Source: Octopus vulgaris (Eukaryota). Taken from it: a DNA stretch of 64,000 nucleotides. A model generated the notes under the pieces. The model made no database searches and was not told the DNA's origin. It saw nothing but the letters and a program-made list of their open reading frames with translations. A program made the position numbers and the translations under genes. Shown here piece after piece: positions 1 through 12,985 of this stretch (its first letter is position 1; each line of letters opens with the position of its first letter). Location: the NCBI GenBank assembly GCA_951406725.2, contig OX597824.1:32736001-32800000 (forward strand), given 5' to 3'.

Positions 1-202
1 CCGCGGTTTTTGTGTGTTTCTTAAATGGCTTATAAACACCTTTCACGCTGCAATTGTCATTAATGAATTATTATGACTTTTTGTTTATAATCCCATATTA
101 TGAAGGCTAGTGGTTAGGGTGCTGCTCTGACGATCGTGGGTTCGATTCCCGGACTGGGCGGCGTGTTGTATTCTTGAATAAAACAATTCATTTCATATGT
201 AA

Positions 203-535
203 ATACTGGTACTCCGTCGGCTTCTACGACGTATGTTCCAGTTGATCTGATCAACAGAACAGCCTGCTCGAGAAATTAGTGGCTGAGTATTCCCGGTCAG
301 CGAAGTGGCGTCCCGTTTGACCGATGTACGGAGAAGGACAGACGTAGTTCTCAGGAAAATTCAGCGTGACACAGAATGTGACAAGGCTGACCCTTTAAAT
401 TACAGATACTACTCATTTTTACCAGCTGAGTGAATTGGAGCAACGTGAAATAAAGTGTCTTGCTCAAGGACACAACGTGCCGCCGGGAGCCGAGTTCACG
501 ACCTTACGATCGTAAGCTGAATACCTCCAACTGCT
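203..535 (-). mobile_element. tRNA-derived SINE with a different tail; related heads at 105-195, 3505-3850, 47136-47430, 58670-58836
   Basis: Minus strand TTACGATCGTAAGGTCGTGAACTCGGCTCCCGGCGG...CCTTGAGCAAGACACTT. Confidence 0.8.
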
Positions 536-1559
536 TCATATTTGAAATACACATAATTTAAATACTATCCAGTAGCTGCTGCTGCTGCTGCTGCTGTTGT
601 TGTTGTTGTTGTTAAGCAACAAGACGGGTAAGGGTGATTAGGTGATGGTCTAGGGCTTAGGGGCAGGAGAACCCAGAACTTGAAAAAAAAATTTGGTCGT
701 CTTGTAGTCGAGGGCTCTTCGTTGACGCCCAACACCACTGGGAGGTGGCCCTCGAGGTTGCTGGAAATGGAGATCTCCAGGTCCAAATTCTTGAACGGCT
801 GCTGCTGCTGCTGCTGCTGCAATTTAGCTTCAGGTCAGCATTGAACGTGTAAATCAAGGCTGACCCGGGGCTAAACTATGAGGCTTTCTAGTTTGTGACC
901 ATACAGTCTTTTTCTTTCTTGTTTTTTTTTTTTTGAGTTTTTAAGACTAATTTATCCAATATGTATTGTCCTTATTTTAACAGAGGCCGTGATTTGAGAG
1001 GAGATTTAGTTGCTATTTCCAGCAAGTCGAGACATCCTTATCGGCATTGATATCGATGATTGTGTTCTTGCTATTATTGACACAAGCATTCAGGTTACTT
1101 CTTTCTATCGATAAATATCAAAACTTTCACAAAAAAAAATACTGACATAAAACAAACACAATAAATACACAAATAATAATGACAATTCTCAAGGTTGGCC
1201 AGTGAGATATCGAAAAATGTTGATTAGCGATAAATCTAGAACATTGATAGAACAAAGTTGGCTGATAAATCAAAACGACCGTCAAATCAATGTTAAATGA
1301 TTATACGTTATCTCCATCATGGTCTGTATATCGATACTTCTCATCTTCTCCGTGGTGTTATTGCTGTGGTATTTTGATATTAAGAAATGCGCTAAGGCAA
1401 AGGATTGGGTTACAAAAATCAAACAAAGGTAAACAGATCTGACTGAATATCGGATAAAGCGCTGAAATTACAAGAAGGAAATTTTGACCAGTTCTCTTGA
1501 AGTGAAAAATTGGCTGGTCAGAAAAAGAATAAAATGGAAATCACAAAGGATTAACGATA

Positions 1560-1971
1560 TGAGGGAGAATGAGGAGGAGGAGGGGGAGGATGATAAAGTG
1601 GATAAGGGGAAAGAGGAGGAGGAGGGGAAGTGAAGAAGAAGAAGGGGAGGAGATGAAGGGGAAAGATGAGGAGGGGAAGTGAAGAAGAAGGGGAGGAGAT
1701 GAAGGGGAAAGAGGAGGAGGAGGGGAAGTGAAGAAGAAGAAGGGGAGAAGGAGAAGGAGAAAGATAAGAGGAAAGAGGAGGGGGGAAGTGAAGAAGAAGA
1801 AAAAGGAGAGGAGATGAAGGGGAGAAAGAGGAGGAGGAGGGGAACTGAAGAAGAAGGGGAGGAGGAGGAGAATAACAATAAGAAGGAGGAGGAGGAGAAG
1901 AAGAAGAAGAAGAAGAAGAAGAAGAAGAAGAAGAAGAAGAAGAAGAAGAAGCAGAAGAAGAAGAAGAAGAA
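1560..1971. repeat. Polypurine minisatellite followed by (AAG)n
   Basis: Imperfect ~55-60-bp units containing GAGGGGAAGTGAAGAAGAAG, then about 25 AAG repeats. Confidence 0.85.
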
Positions 1972-3312
1972 ACAGTTATCTCAAAAAACTACCCAGGAAA
2001 CATCCTCAAACTGCTAAATGGAAAGAAAAGTAACCCAGACTGCGAGGTCGATCTCTCGGAGACACGGAAATGAGAGAAAAATAAAAAGGGATTGACTGAA
2101 TATTTTCCGTTAATTGGTGTTGCTGGAACTATTTTGGGGGACGCAAATATCATTGCAATCGCCATTATATAAAATAACATAATGAACATATCACTTCAGA
2201 ATTTGCTGGAAATATTGTAAACATAAAACATTAAAAAAAAAATAGAATCTAAATGATTTCAAACCAAGAATTCCTCTGCTTTTTTTAGACCGCCAGGCCG
2301 ACGAATGTATCAACGAAAGAATTTCGAAGACCAAATTCACTCACAGGGCATTGGTTGACTACCGCGCGGTGGGAGTGAACTCGTAAACACGTAGACGCAA
2401 AACGAGTTTCTTAACTACGCAGCCATGCTTGCACCTAGTGCAAACAAACAACCGCTAGTGCAACACCCTAGTTAGATCAATACTGATTTTAGAATAGTAG
2501 ATAACAGCCTTTCGTGAAGCTAGAAGGTGAAGGAGACTATTTCATTTTTATCAGAAGTGTTTTACTGTAAATATTGCTATAAGCAAGAGACTGATTTTCA
2601 CGATGCGCACTAAAGCTAAAAAACGCAACACAAATAATTTGCATCATCACACGCTTCTAGGGTTGGTAAGAGCACTTTTGGAAGAGAGCGGAGAATTTGA
2701 TCGCTGCTCAGTGACTAAACATAGAACACGAGCATCTGGTATTTCTGTTAGCAGATGGATAGGTTTTGTGTAGAGAGAGATTGTAGGCTAAGTAGTTCTG
2801 TGTATGATTGGCATCATTAGCCGGCATAAAACTACTTGGCAGGGCAACATCTGTCTATGAACAGTGTGGGTTTAAAATAAAATAAAAGGAATAACGTTTG
2901 TATTCAGGTTTTGTGTATTTGCACACGATGACTTGCACACACACACACGCACACGCACACACACGCACACACACACACACACTCGCGCGCACACGCACAC
3001 ATATATAATACATATACTTACATACACCCACTCACACATATATATATATGTATATCTTTTAATTCTTTTACTTGTTTCAGTCATTTGACTGCGGTCGAAC
3101 TGAAGCATCGCCCTCAGAACTTATTCTTTATAAGCCTAGTACTTATTTAATCGGACTCTTTGGCTGACCCGCTAAGTGATGAGGATATAAACACACCCAC
3201 ATCGGTTGTCAGGCGATGGTGGGGAGACAAACACAGACACACAAATACATACATACATACATACATACATACATACATACATACATACATACATACATAC
3301 ATACATACATAC

Positions 3313-3402
<90 letters not shown>

Positions 3403-3879
3403 TCGACTCAGTACCTATATTTTAAAGCCTTATTCGATCGATCTATTTTGCCGAATACAAACCAACATTAGTTGTCAAACGGTGGTGACAGGCAAACGCA
3501 AACTCATGGCTCATTGGTTAGAGCGTCGAGCTTACGATCGTGAGGGTGCGAGTTCGATTTCCGGACTGGGCTGCGCGTTGTGTCCACTTTATTTCACATT
3601 GCTCCTTTTCACTCAGCTGGAGAAATAAGTTGTGTCACTGGTGCCAAGCTATATCAGCATTTGCCTTTCCATTGGGTAACATCGGTGACATGGAGAGTGG
3701 AAGCTGGTATGCATGGGCGACTGCTAGTCATCCACAAAAACAACCCTAGGTCGTGCGTTCGCTGGTGAGGCGACTATCGCTCACACTTACACCCCGAGGG
3801 GAGTCTTTTAGGTGCACCCATGGTCATTTGTAACCGACAGAGTCGTGTTTTATATATATATATATATATATATATTGTT

Positions 3880-6545
3880 GGAATTTACAAAAAAAACAAC
3901 AAAAGACGAAGACAGGTGTATAAACAACAAACAGGTGCATTACTTTAACGCGCGGAAGGTGAGAAAGTCTTTTACGTTTCGAGCCTACAGAATGGAATAC
4001 GAGAAAATAAACAGAGAGAGAATAAAAAATGCCTTAGTGGCTAGCGGTCGATCATGGCGGCTGGCTGGACGGAGGTGGTGAGACAGAAGAGCTAGGAATA
4101 AGGGGAGATAATAGAGTAGTGGTGATCCCAAAACGAAGGTGCGCGTGTGTGTTTATGTGAGAGTGTGTGTGCGTGTGGATTGGGACTGGTGACCTTGTCG
4201 TGTGGATGTGTGCACGTGTAGGTGTGTGGATGATGGTGTGAGTGCTGGGAAGTGGTCAGTGCTCGTGTGTGCGGGGTGGTGTGATGTGGTGTAGCGTGGC
4301 ATGATGTGGTGTGGTGTTGTGTGGTGTGGGTGCTGGGAAGTGGTCAATGTTAGTGTGTGCCGGGTAGTGCGAGTGTGGTGTGGTGATGTGTTGTGTGTTG
4401 TGTGATGGTGTGGTGTGGTAGTGTGGTGTGGTGATGTGTGGTGTGTTGTGATGTGGTGTGGTGGTGTGTGGTGTGGCGATGCGGTGTGGAATGATGCGAT
4501 GTAGTGGTGAGTGGTGTAGGTGGTGGTGTTGGGGTGTGGGGATGTGAGGGTGGAGGGATGCGAGGGTGGAGTGTGGGGATGTGAGGGTGGAGTGAGGGTA
4601 TGTGGGTAGTTATGGTGTGTGAGGGTGGGATATATGGGAGTAGTTGGTATAGGGGTGGGGTGGGATGGTGGGGTTGGGAAGTGTAGAGGTGGGTTGTAGA
4701 TGGAGGGGGTAACAATGAAGAGGGAAGGTGGAAGGAAGAAGGTGGATAAGAGAGAAGAGAAGTAGGTGTGAGATGAAGAGAGGAGGGGGTCAGATGAAGA
4801 GGAGAAAGAGAGTTGAGCCCATGTGGCGCAAAGGAGTGAAGAGAGAAGATTAATTCCTCTTCACGGCGAAGGCGGGAGTCCGGATGACAAAGACAATCCG
4901 AACACAGAATCCGAACACATGAATGACCGATAGAGTGGAAATGGCACGACACCGGGTTATCGTTGCAGAATTTAATCTCTCGGAGGTGTTCCGCGAACCG
5001 GTCAGCGAAGTGGCGTCCCGTTTGACCGATGTACAGAGAAGGACAGAAAGAGCAGGAGATGCAGTAAATGACGTTGCTAGAAGTCCATGTGAAAGAGTCA
5101 GTGATATAATAGGGATGATGATGGGTGCCTCTGAGGATGGTGGTGACGGAGAGGTAAGGGTAAGTGCGGCAGCGTGGGTGGGAGCAAGGGAAGGAGCCGT
5201 TGGGAGGTGGGGTTAAGGAAGAAACTGTGGACCAGGTCACGTAGATTGTGGGCTCGTTTGAAGGAGGGGTGAGTTGGTTAGGGAAGATGTGCGAAGTGGA
5301 GGGGTCGAACTTCAGTCACCAGAAGGTTTTGGATGAAGTGGCGAGTCATGAGTTGAGACTGAATCTCAAAATCATGGTTATCACTAGGAATTGGTAGTAG
5401 GAGATGAAGAGCTTGGTATGGTTAGGGTGGGAGGAGGAGAAGTTGAGGTGTGACTGTGAGTTGGTTGTGTTTGTAGTGGATGGAGGTGGTGAGAGTGGAG
5501 TGATGTATGTTGACCGAAATGTCGAGAAAGGTGACAGAAGTGTTGGAAATGGTACAGGAAAATTCGAGGGCAGGATGGAAAGATTGGACAAAAGAGAAAA
5601 AGGAGTCTAGTGGTTCGCGGGAGAGAGAGGTCGCACCGATACAGCCATCGATATAACGACCGTATTATTCAGGAATGGGACCAATGAATCTTGTAGCATA
5701 GGTTCGCATAGTTGGGGCCTATTCTCGTTCCCATGGCCACTCCCGAGACTTGTTAGTAAAACTCACCCGCGAACGAGAAGCAGTTAAGGGAGAGAACAAG
5801 TTCGGCCAGACGAAGAAGTGTGGACGTGTCAGGTCGAAGATCTATGTAGTGTTTGAGGGTAAGAAGCCCCTCGTGATGTGGGTTCACCGTATATAGGCTC
5901 TTGATATCATGACTGAAGAGAAGTTTAGAGGGGCCAGGAGGGAAGGAGAAAGAGTTGAAAAGACGAAAAGCATGGTTAGTATCGTGAATGTGTGGTGGGA
6001 GGGAAGCCACTAAGGGGCAAGGATACGGTCGAGGAATTTGGAGATGAGTTCCGTTGGGCAGTTGCAGGCGGAGACGATGGGGCGGCTAGGGTTGTTAGGT
6101 TTGTGGATTTAGGGAAGGAAGTAAATTGTGAGGGTGCTAGGGTGCGGACAATGAGGTGGGAGGCGATGGGAGGGAGACGGGAGGAGGAGATGAGGTCATG
6201 GATAGTGGAGGACACCATCTGTTGGTAACTAGGCGTGAGGTTGGAGGGCAGAGTGCAGCAGAAGGAGGTATCTTGAAGTTGGCGGAAAGCTTCAGGCTTG
6301 TAGAGGTCCGCGCGCCACCCATTCTTTGTCGGCCGGTTTTATGATAATGTCTTTGCGGTGTCGGAGACATCGAAGGGCTGAGAGTTCGGCTGGGGAGATG
6401 TTCAGATGTCGGGGACGCTTGCAAAATGATCGGCTGCTTCGACAGACGTCCGCAAAATGATCGACTGCTTGGAACAGGCCAGGAGCTGGCGTCCAGTGGG
6501 ATGGTCGGCGGCCCAGGTCGGTGAAGCAATCCTCCTCATTAGATG
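3880..6545 (-). mobile_element. Decayed Penelope-like element (probably Neptune-type), RT + GIY-YIG, with 3' terminal repeat abutting (TA)n
   Basis: RT pieces DIKSLYT..., LLRLAELVLSLNCFSF, GVAMGTR, RYIDG; thumb HLNFSSSHP; Cys linker GSFPCSHPRC; GIY-YIG VIYCISC...LYIGQTGRHFADRFAEH; many frameshifts. Confidence 0.9.
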
Positions 6546-6815
6546 CAGGTTGAGTGCCAGGGACTACCTTGGGTATATATAAAGATCCTTTTCAGGAGCC
6601 CTATTATCGATTTTTTTCCCGCAATCTGAGTATGCCATGAGGTTTCCAGACATGAGTTCTACTCACGTGTCAAATTTCATCAAAATCGATAAAACGATGT
6701 AGGAGGAGTTAGCTAACAACTCCACAAATACACCCACAGACAGAATTTTCCACATATGTAGTATATATATATATGTGTGTGTGTGTATGTGTATGTTTAT
6801 GTATGCATATATATG

Positions 6816-6876
<61 letters not shown>

Positions 6877-7629
6877 ACATACACATACATACATACATAC
6901 ATATATACAAACACACACACACACTTTACAAATTGAGTGTCACATTCCTGGATCGCTACAAATATGCAGGCACACTGAAACACACTCATACATAAATGCA
7001 CCCACACACATACACTCACACCCATACCCCCACTCCCGCTATTCATGCACACACACACACACACACACTCACACATGTTCATATTACGGACATACACAAA
7101 CACGCGCATATGTGTACACATATGCATATCGTGCAGACCCCCCCCCCCCCCATGTGCGCTGATCCCCCGCTGCTATCAATCTAGTCATTAGTCAGAGTCA
7201 CACGAACACACAAGCACACAGCAGAATACGACGCCAGTGAAATTTTTGCACCCTCGGAAATTTGCGCGCGCGTACGCACACACACACACATAGACACACC
7301 ACCTCCACCACCATCACCACTACCACCATCAACGTGCACGCACCTGTCCAAACGAATAGCCCATTTAGCCTACTCATTATTGGTCAGGCAATGGCTAGAT
7401 ATGTAACCCAAAACAACCTGACTCTGTTATTAGAAGTGAGTCTTTCTCGCCTTTTCTGTATCCTTTTTTTCTGTTTCTCCTCATCTTCAAATTTTCCTTG
7501 GGAAATGAAATGAAATACTGCTCCCTAATATTTGTTTTAGGACTTTGATTTCTTTCTATTAGTATATAAATACAGTAAAGAACTATAACTTCATTAATTC
7601 TGACTAACTTTTTATTTATTTATCATTAA

Positions 7630-7997
7630 CTAGCAGTATCGCCCGGCGTTGCTCGGGTTTGTAAGGGAAATAACTATATAAGCATTTTTAGAGAGTTACT
7701 TCCCTTATAGATGCCAATTCGGGCTTTCTTAGCCATTTCTGTTTTGGTGTCTTCAAGCCATGAAGTCGTTGTTCTAAAAGAACGCTGGTCTCCTTGACAA
7801 CGCTTTACGACGTTGATTTCCTTACACTCCCTTCCCCACAGCTTCACGAGGGAAGGAAGAAGGGGGAGAAGCAAACAGGTGCAAGTGTGACCATGGACGC
7901 CAACTCCGCCGCCATCGACACACGAAAAATTATGCATTAAAATGGAATAAAAAAATTATGTTAAATTATTTTTAAAATCGTAGACTCATCGTAGACG
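7630..7997 (-). mobile_element. Helitron 3' portion with the same terminal hairpin + CTAG but a different interior
   Basis: CTAGCAGTATCGCCCGGCGTTGCTCGGGTTTGT shared with 46735. Confidence 0.75.
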
Positions 7998-8662
7998 TGG
8001 CTAAGAGGACAGCGAGCCGGTAGAATTGTTGACACGCCAGGCAAAATGATAAGTGGAACGTACGTGTGTCTTTATGTTCTAAGTTCGAATTTCACTGAAG
8101 TTGACTTTGCCTTTCATCATTTCGGAGTCCATAAAATAAGTACTAGAAGAACACTAGGGATGATCTAACCGATTTATCCCCCCCCCAACAATTGCTGGCT
8201 TTGTGCCAAAATTTGAAACCATTATAAATATGTATGAGGGCAGCGAGCCTGCAGAATCGTTAACAACCCGGGCAGAATGCTTTGCTGTATTTTCATCCGT
8301 CTTCATGTTCAGAGTTCAAATTCCGCTGAGGTCGACTTTGTCTTTTATCCTTTCGGATTCGATAAAATAAGTACCAGTCAAACACTTGGATTGATATAAT
8401 CGATTAAGCCCCTCCCCCACAATTGCTGGTTTGGGGCCAAAAATTTGAAACCACTCTGTATGTGTAAGATGGTGAGCTGGCAGAAACAATGCGCCGGATA
8501 AAATGCTTAGCGGCAGAGTGCCAGTGATCATAATGTCGATTTGACTTCTGTCCTTATTTAAATTATGTGTGTGCGTATGAGCGTGTGTGTGTGTGTGTAT
8601 ACATTTGTATGCATGCATGCATGTATGTATGTATGTATGTATGTATGTATGTATGTATGTAT

Positions 8663-9002
8663 GCTTCAGTAAAGCTGGACTCAAGAGTCATCTTCGTATA
8701 CATAAAGCGAAACAGATGAGTGACAACCTGGCCGCTTGTGGTGGTGTAACACACCATACTAATCATATCTGTCAGGCATGTGGAAGAGAGTATAATTCGG
8801 CAGGAGGACTTAAACGACATGCAAAGGTACATGAAGCCCAGTTACAACTACAGCCGGCTATCACCGGTAAAGGCTTTAGCTGCCAATTCTGTACAAGACA
8901 TTGTAGATCTTTAGCTGGGGTAAAAAGTCACATTCGATCACAGCACCAATAACAGTTAAGCTTCGTGCAATGGCCATACTCGATAACGAGGGGGTAGCCA
9001 TC
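8663..9002 (+). mobile_element. 3' end of an RTE-clade LINE with C-terminal C2H2 zinc fingers, in (TATG)n
   Basis: CFSKAGLKSHLRIH, CQACGREYNSAGGLKRHAKVH, CQFCTRHCRSLAGVKSHIRSQH*, then a ~50-nt 3' UTR TGGCCATACTCGATAACGAGGGGGTAGCCATC and (ATGT)n. Confidence 0.75.
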
Positions 9003-9013
9003 ATGTATGTATG

Positions 9014-9044
<31 letters not shown>

Positions 9045-10158
9045 TAAACAGAATAGAGGTATGTCATTCAATATTTTATAGGACATATACACGTTTCATC
9101 AAAATGCTGAAAATATTACATAACAGTTGTACAAACATTATGCAATAATAGACATTTACTTCATCAGTGGCCCGCAATAAATTCAATGACCGTTGTTGCA
9201 GTACAACGTGAGACATCGATCTCGAGACAGGCTAGATAATGTAGTAGAATGTGGAATCCACTCCTGAGCCCGGTTTTTGATTGTGTGTTGCACTTTATTA
9301 TGCCCCCTTTTTGCTATATATATGTATACCAGGTGTATACCATACGATTTATTGCCTAATGTGTGTGTGTGTATATATTATTATTACAAAAGTGTTGGAT
9401 ATTAGCTATCATTTGAAGCTGAAACTTTATGAAATTGTTACTCTGAGTTCCGCACTTTCTGTCTTTGAATGGCAATGAAGAAAATGGAACGTTTGAAATG
9501 TATATAAACGTAACAATCGAAGCACGTATCAAAGCGGATATGGAATATATTGATTCGAGGAAGTATGGAAGTTAAATCAGAAAAGCAAACGAAGATAAGG
9601 GTTGTGAGGAGGATAAAGGAAAGGACAAATGAAAAAGTAAAAGTTTAACGAGGGAGAAGTTTAGAAGTAAGAAGAGAATCAAAAGGAGGGAACTGGTGGA
9701 GATCAAAAAGAGAAGTGGGAAAAGATAAAAGATGAGATTCATTCATCCGGGTTTGCTTCTGGCTAAGAAGATGAAAGATGTCGAAACACCGGTGTCTCAG
9801 AATCTCTTGTACTGCTGAATCGAATGTTTTATGAAAACAAAAGCCTCGTAAAGGAGTCGTTGTTCTCCTGTGACGAATACAACAGCAATTAGTATATTTG
9901 CGTTCGAATCTGCCCGAACGTATTCTTTTATACTTTATCTTTAACTTGTTTCGAATGTTTAGACTGCGGCCATGCTGGGCACTGAAGAACTTTTAGTGTA
10001 ATCGACTCTAGTACTTTTTTTTTTTACTTTTTAAGGCCTGGTACTTATCGTTTCCATTCTTTGTGCAACTGCTAAGTTACTGTGACGTAAATCTACCAAC
10101 ACCGATTGTCAAGCAGTGGTCACACACACACACATATACATATATATTAATATTTAGC

Positions 10159-10212
<54 letters not shown>

Positions 10213-10214
<2 letters not shown>

Positions 10215-10400
10215 GAATTTTATAGAAAAACAAAAGACGAAGACAGGTCTATGAACAACAAGCAAGTACATTAGTTTGACACACGAGAAAAGTGAGAAAG
10301 TATTTTACGTTTCGAGCCTATGCTCTTCAACAGAGAGGTATAAGAAGAAATAAAAAGAGAGGGATGAAAAAATTGTAGATTTCAGCGGCCCAGCATGGAC
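10213..10400 (-). mobile_element. Solo PLE 3' terminus with hammerhead-like motif, inserted in the (TA)n of a SINE
   Basis: Similar to 3880-4060; minus-strand CTGTTGAAGAGCATAGGCTCGAAACGTA at ~10306-10333. Confidence 0.75.
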
Positions 10401-11231
10401 ACATATACACGATGAGTTTCCGTCTACCAAATCCATAGACAAAGCTCTGGGCCGGCCCCAGGCTATAGTAGAAGACACTTGCCCAAGGTGCCACACAGTG
10501 GGACTGAACCTGAAAGCAGGTGGTTGAGAAGCAAGCTTCTCAGCACAGAACCACGCCTGCGCCTAATAAGAATAAATATGCAAGTTGTCGTCATGAAGGA
10601 AGAGTAAGAGAAGAGGAAGTTTAAGATTAAAAAGAAGAGGAGGAAGAATTTGTAGTAGAAGGTTGGAATTTCGTGAACTGAGGAACGAGAGATTTTAAAG
10701 TGGAGAAAATATGATATGCATAAAAATGGACATGAAGTCTATAAAAAAGATGTCTACGAAAACATGTTAAGAAGATAATGTATGCGTTAAAAAATACTTG
10801 ATATAAAAACGTTAAAATAAAAGAGCTGCTTTGTAAAGATACAGACGCGGAAACATATGCATGCAAAGACATAATAAACGTGTGTGTGTTGGGGGGAGGG
10901 GGAGGGGGAGGAGGGGGAGGAGGGGAGGGAGGGGAGGAGAGGAAGGAGGGAAAGAATGAGAGAGTGCTGAATATAGAGGTGAGCAGTGAAAAAGAAGAGG
11001 AAAGAGTAAGAAAGGGAGAGCCAGCAAGAAATATGGAGTCCATATTTAAAATATTTAAGCATAATGTAGAAATGGAGGGCCTACATTTATTGACAGAGAG
11101 AGATAGGTCTCAGAAAGAAGCTTGGATTTGACGGAGTGGAAGAAGTAAATCCACTAACGAGTGAGAGAAAAATAACCGTGTGTGTGTGTAAGAGCGGGTT
11201 GAGTAAGAAAGGAAGGAAGAGAGAAACTGAG

Positions 11232-11279
<48 letters not shown>

Positions 11280-11602
11280 CATCAAGATAAAGAAGAATAG
11301 TTGAAAAGATGTATTGACAACGAGAGTTGAACAACTGATCAGTCGTTACATAGAACAACAAGCGGCCAAGTGATACAGGATGTCAGACGGACGAACACAG
11401 ATTCAAGTTGTTTTCCTAATTGAGAAAATCAAAAAACGGAAAAACCGGTTGTGAAAGGATTTGGTCACTGACGGGGTTTTTTACGAAAGGAAAATGTGGA
11501 TAAAACAGATGAATGAATTCTAAATATTCATAGGATATTTAGTCTATTTCAAAATATATGCACGCACACTCACACACGTATATTTTTCAAGTGCCTTATC
11601 AA

Positions 11603-11679
<77 letters not shown>

Positions 11680-12286
11680 CTTTCTGTACACACACACACA
11701 CACGCCCACATATATATATAGTTCGACGCATTTTTACACCGGTAGGATATAAGTGAAATGTTGTTTAATAATTATGAGTGTATATCCACTGCCGGGAGGT
11801 ATTTCCGTTGTATGAAAACATCAGGTAGTTAATAATAGAAGGTGAGCTTTGCATATCATTCAACAAGGTTATTACCTGAACCTTAATTAACAACATACAT
11901 ACATACATACATACATACATACATACATACATGCATGCATACATACATACATACATACATACATACATACATACATACATGCATGCATACATACATACAT
12001 ACATGCATACATACATGCATACATACATACATACATACATACATGCATGCATGCATACATACATACATGCATGCATACATACATACATACATACATACAT
12101 ACATACATACATGCATGCATACATACATATGTGTGTGTGCGTGTGTGTCTGTCTATACACACACGCATATATAATATATATATAGTACTCAAACGACACG
12201 CTCACATTTGTTTTTTCAAAGACACTAACACACACACAGACACATACATTTTTAACAACTATGTATGTGCATAGCTTTTAAGTGCC

Positions 12287-12351
<65 letters not shown>

Positions 12352-12985
12352 CATACATACACATGCACATACATACATATACATATACATATACACACAC
12401 ACACACACACATATATATATAAATACATACATACATACATAAATATACACACACATATGTATAATGACGTATACAAAAACTATCGATATTTTATGAACAG
12501 TGCGAACATACATTCTCAGCGAAATATTCATGAATGCTTAAAGTTAACCAAATCAAATTAATATAAAGTCTACTTACTGTTATGCATGAACCACTGGGGT
12601 TTGGAATGAAAGTGGCCATTCCTCAAATGAAATAACAAAAATAAAACAAATTCAATACGAAAAATAAGAGCTAGGACAGAGCTCATGGTTCAGAAGCAAA
12701 TATACCAGCCGTTACATGTCTACACCAGCTGTATTGCGTTCGGGAAATTAATTCGTATATTGGCTGTTATCATTATTCACAATGATCGAACCATTTTCGA
12801 AGTCCGTCATCCGTTCATAGAAATTGTGTGAATGGCTTTTGTATTTTTTATAATAATTACACCCACACATACACACATATACACTTACACGCACAAACAC
12901 ACGTACACATACACACACAAACACATAAACACACAAACGCATGCATCCGTATGTATACACATACGCACACGCACATATGCATGTA

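Noticed and set aside
565-857. PolyQ/polyA ORFs
   Set aside because: Short CAG/CTG repeats around an unclassified fragment; no splice or domain support.
8587-8952. Host C2H2 zinc-finger gene
   Set aside because: The ORF start comes from a microsatellite, linkers are not TGEKP-type, and a LINE-like tail follows.
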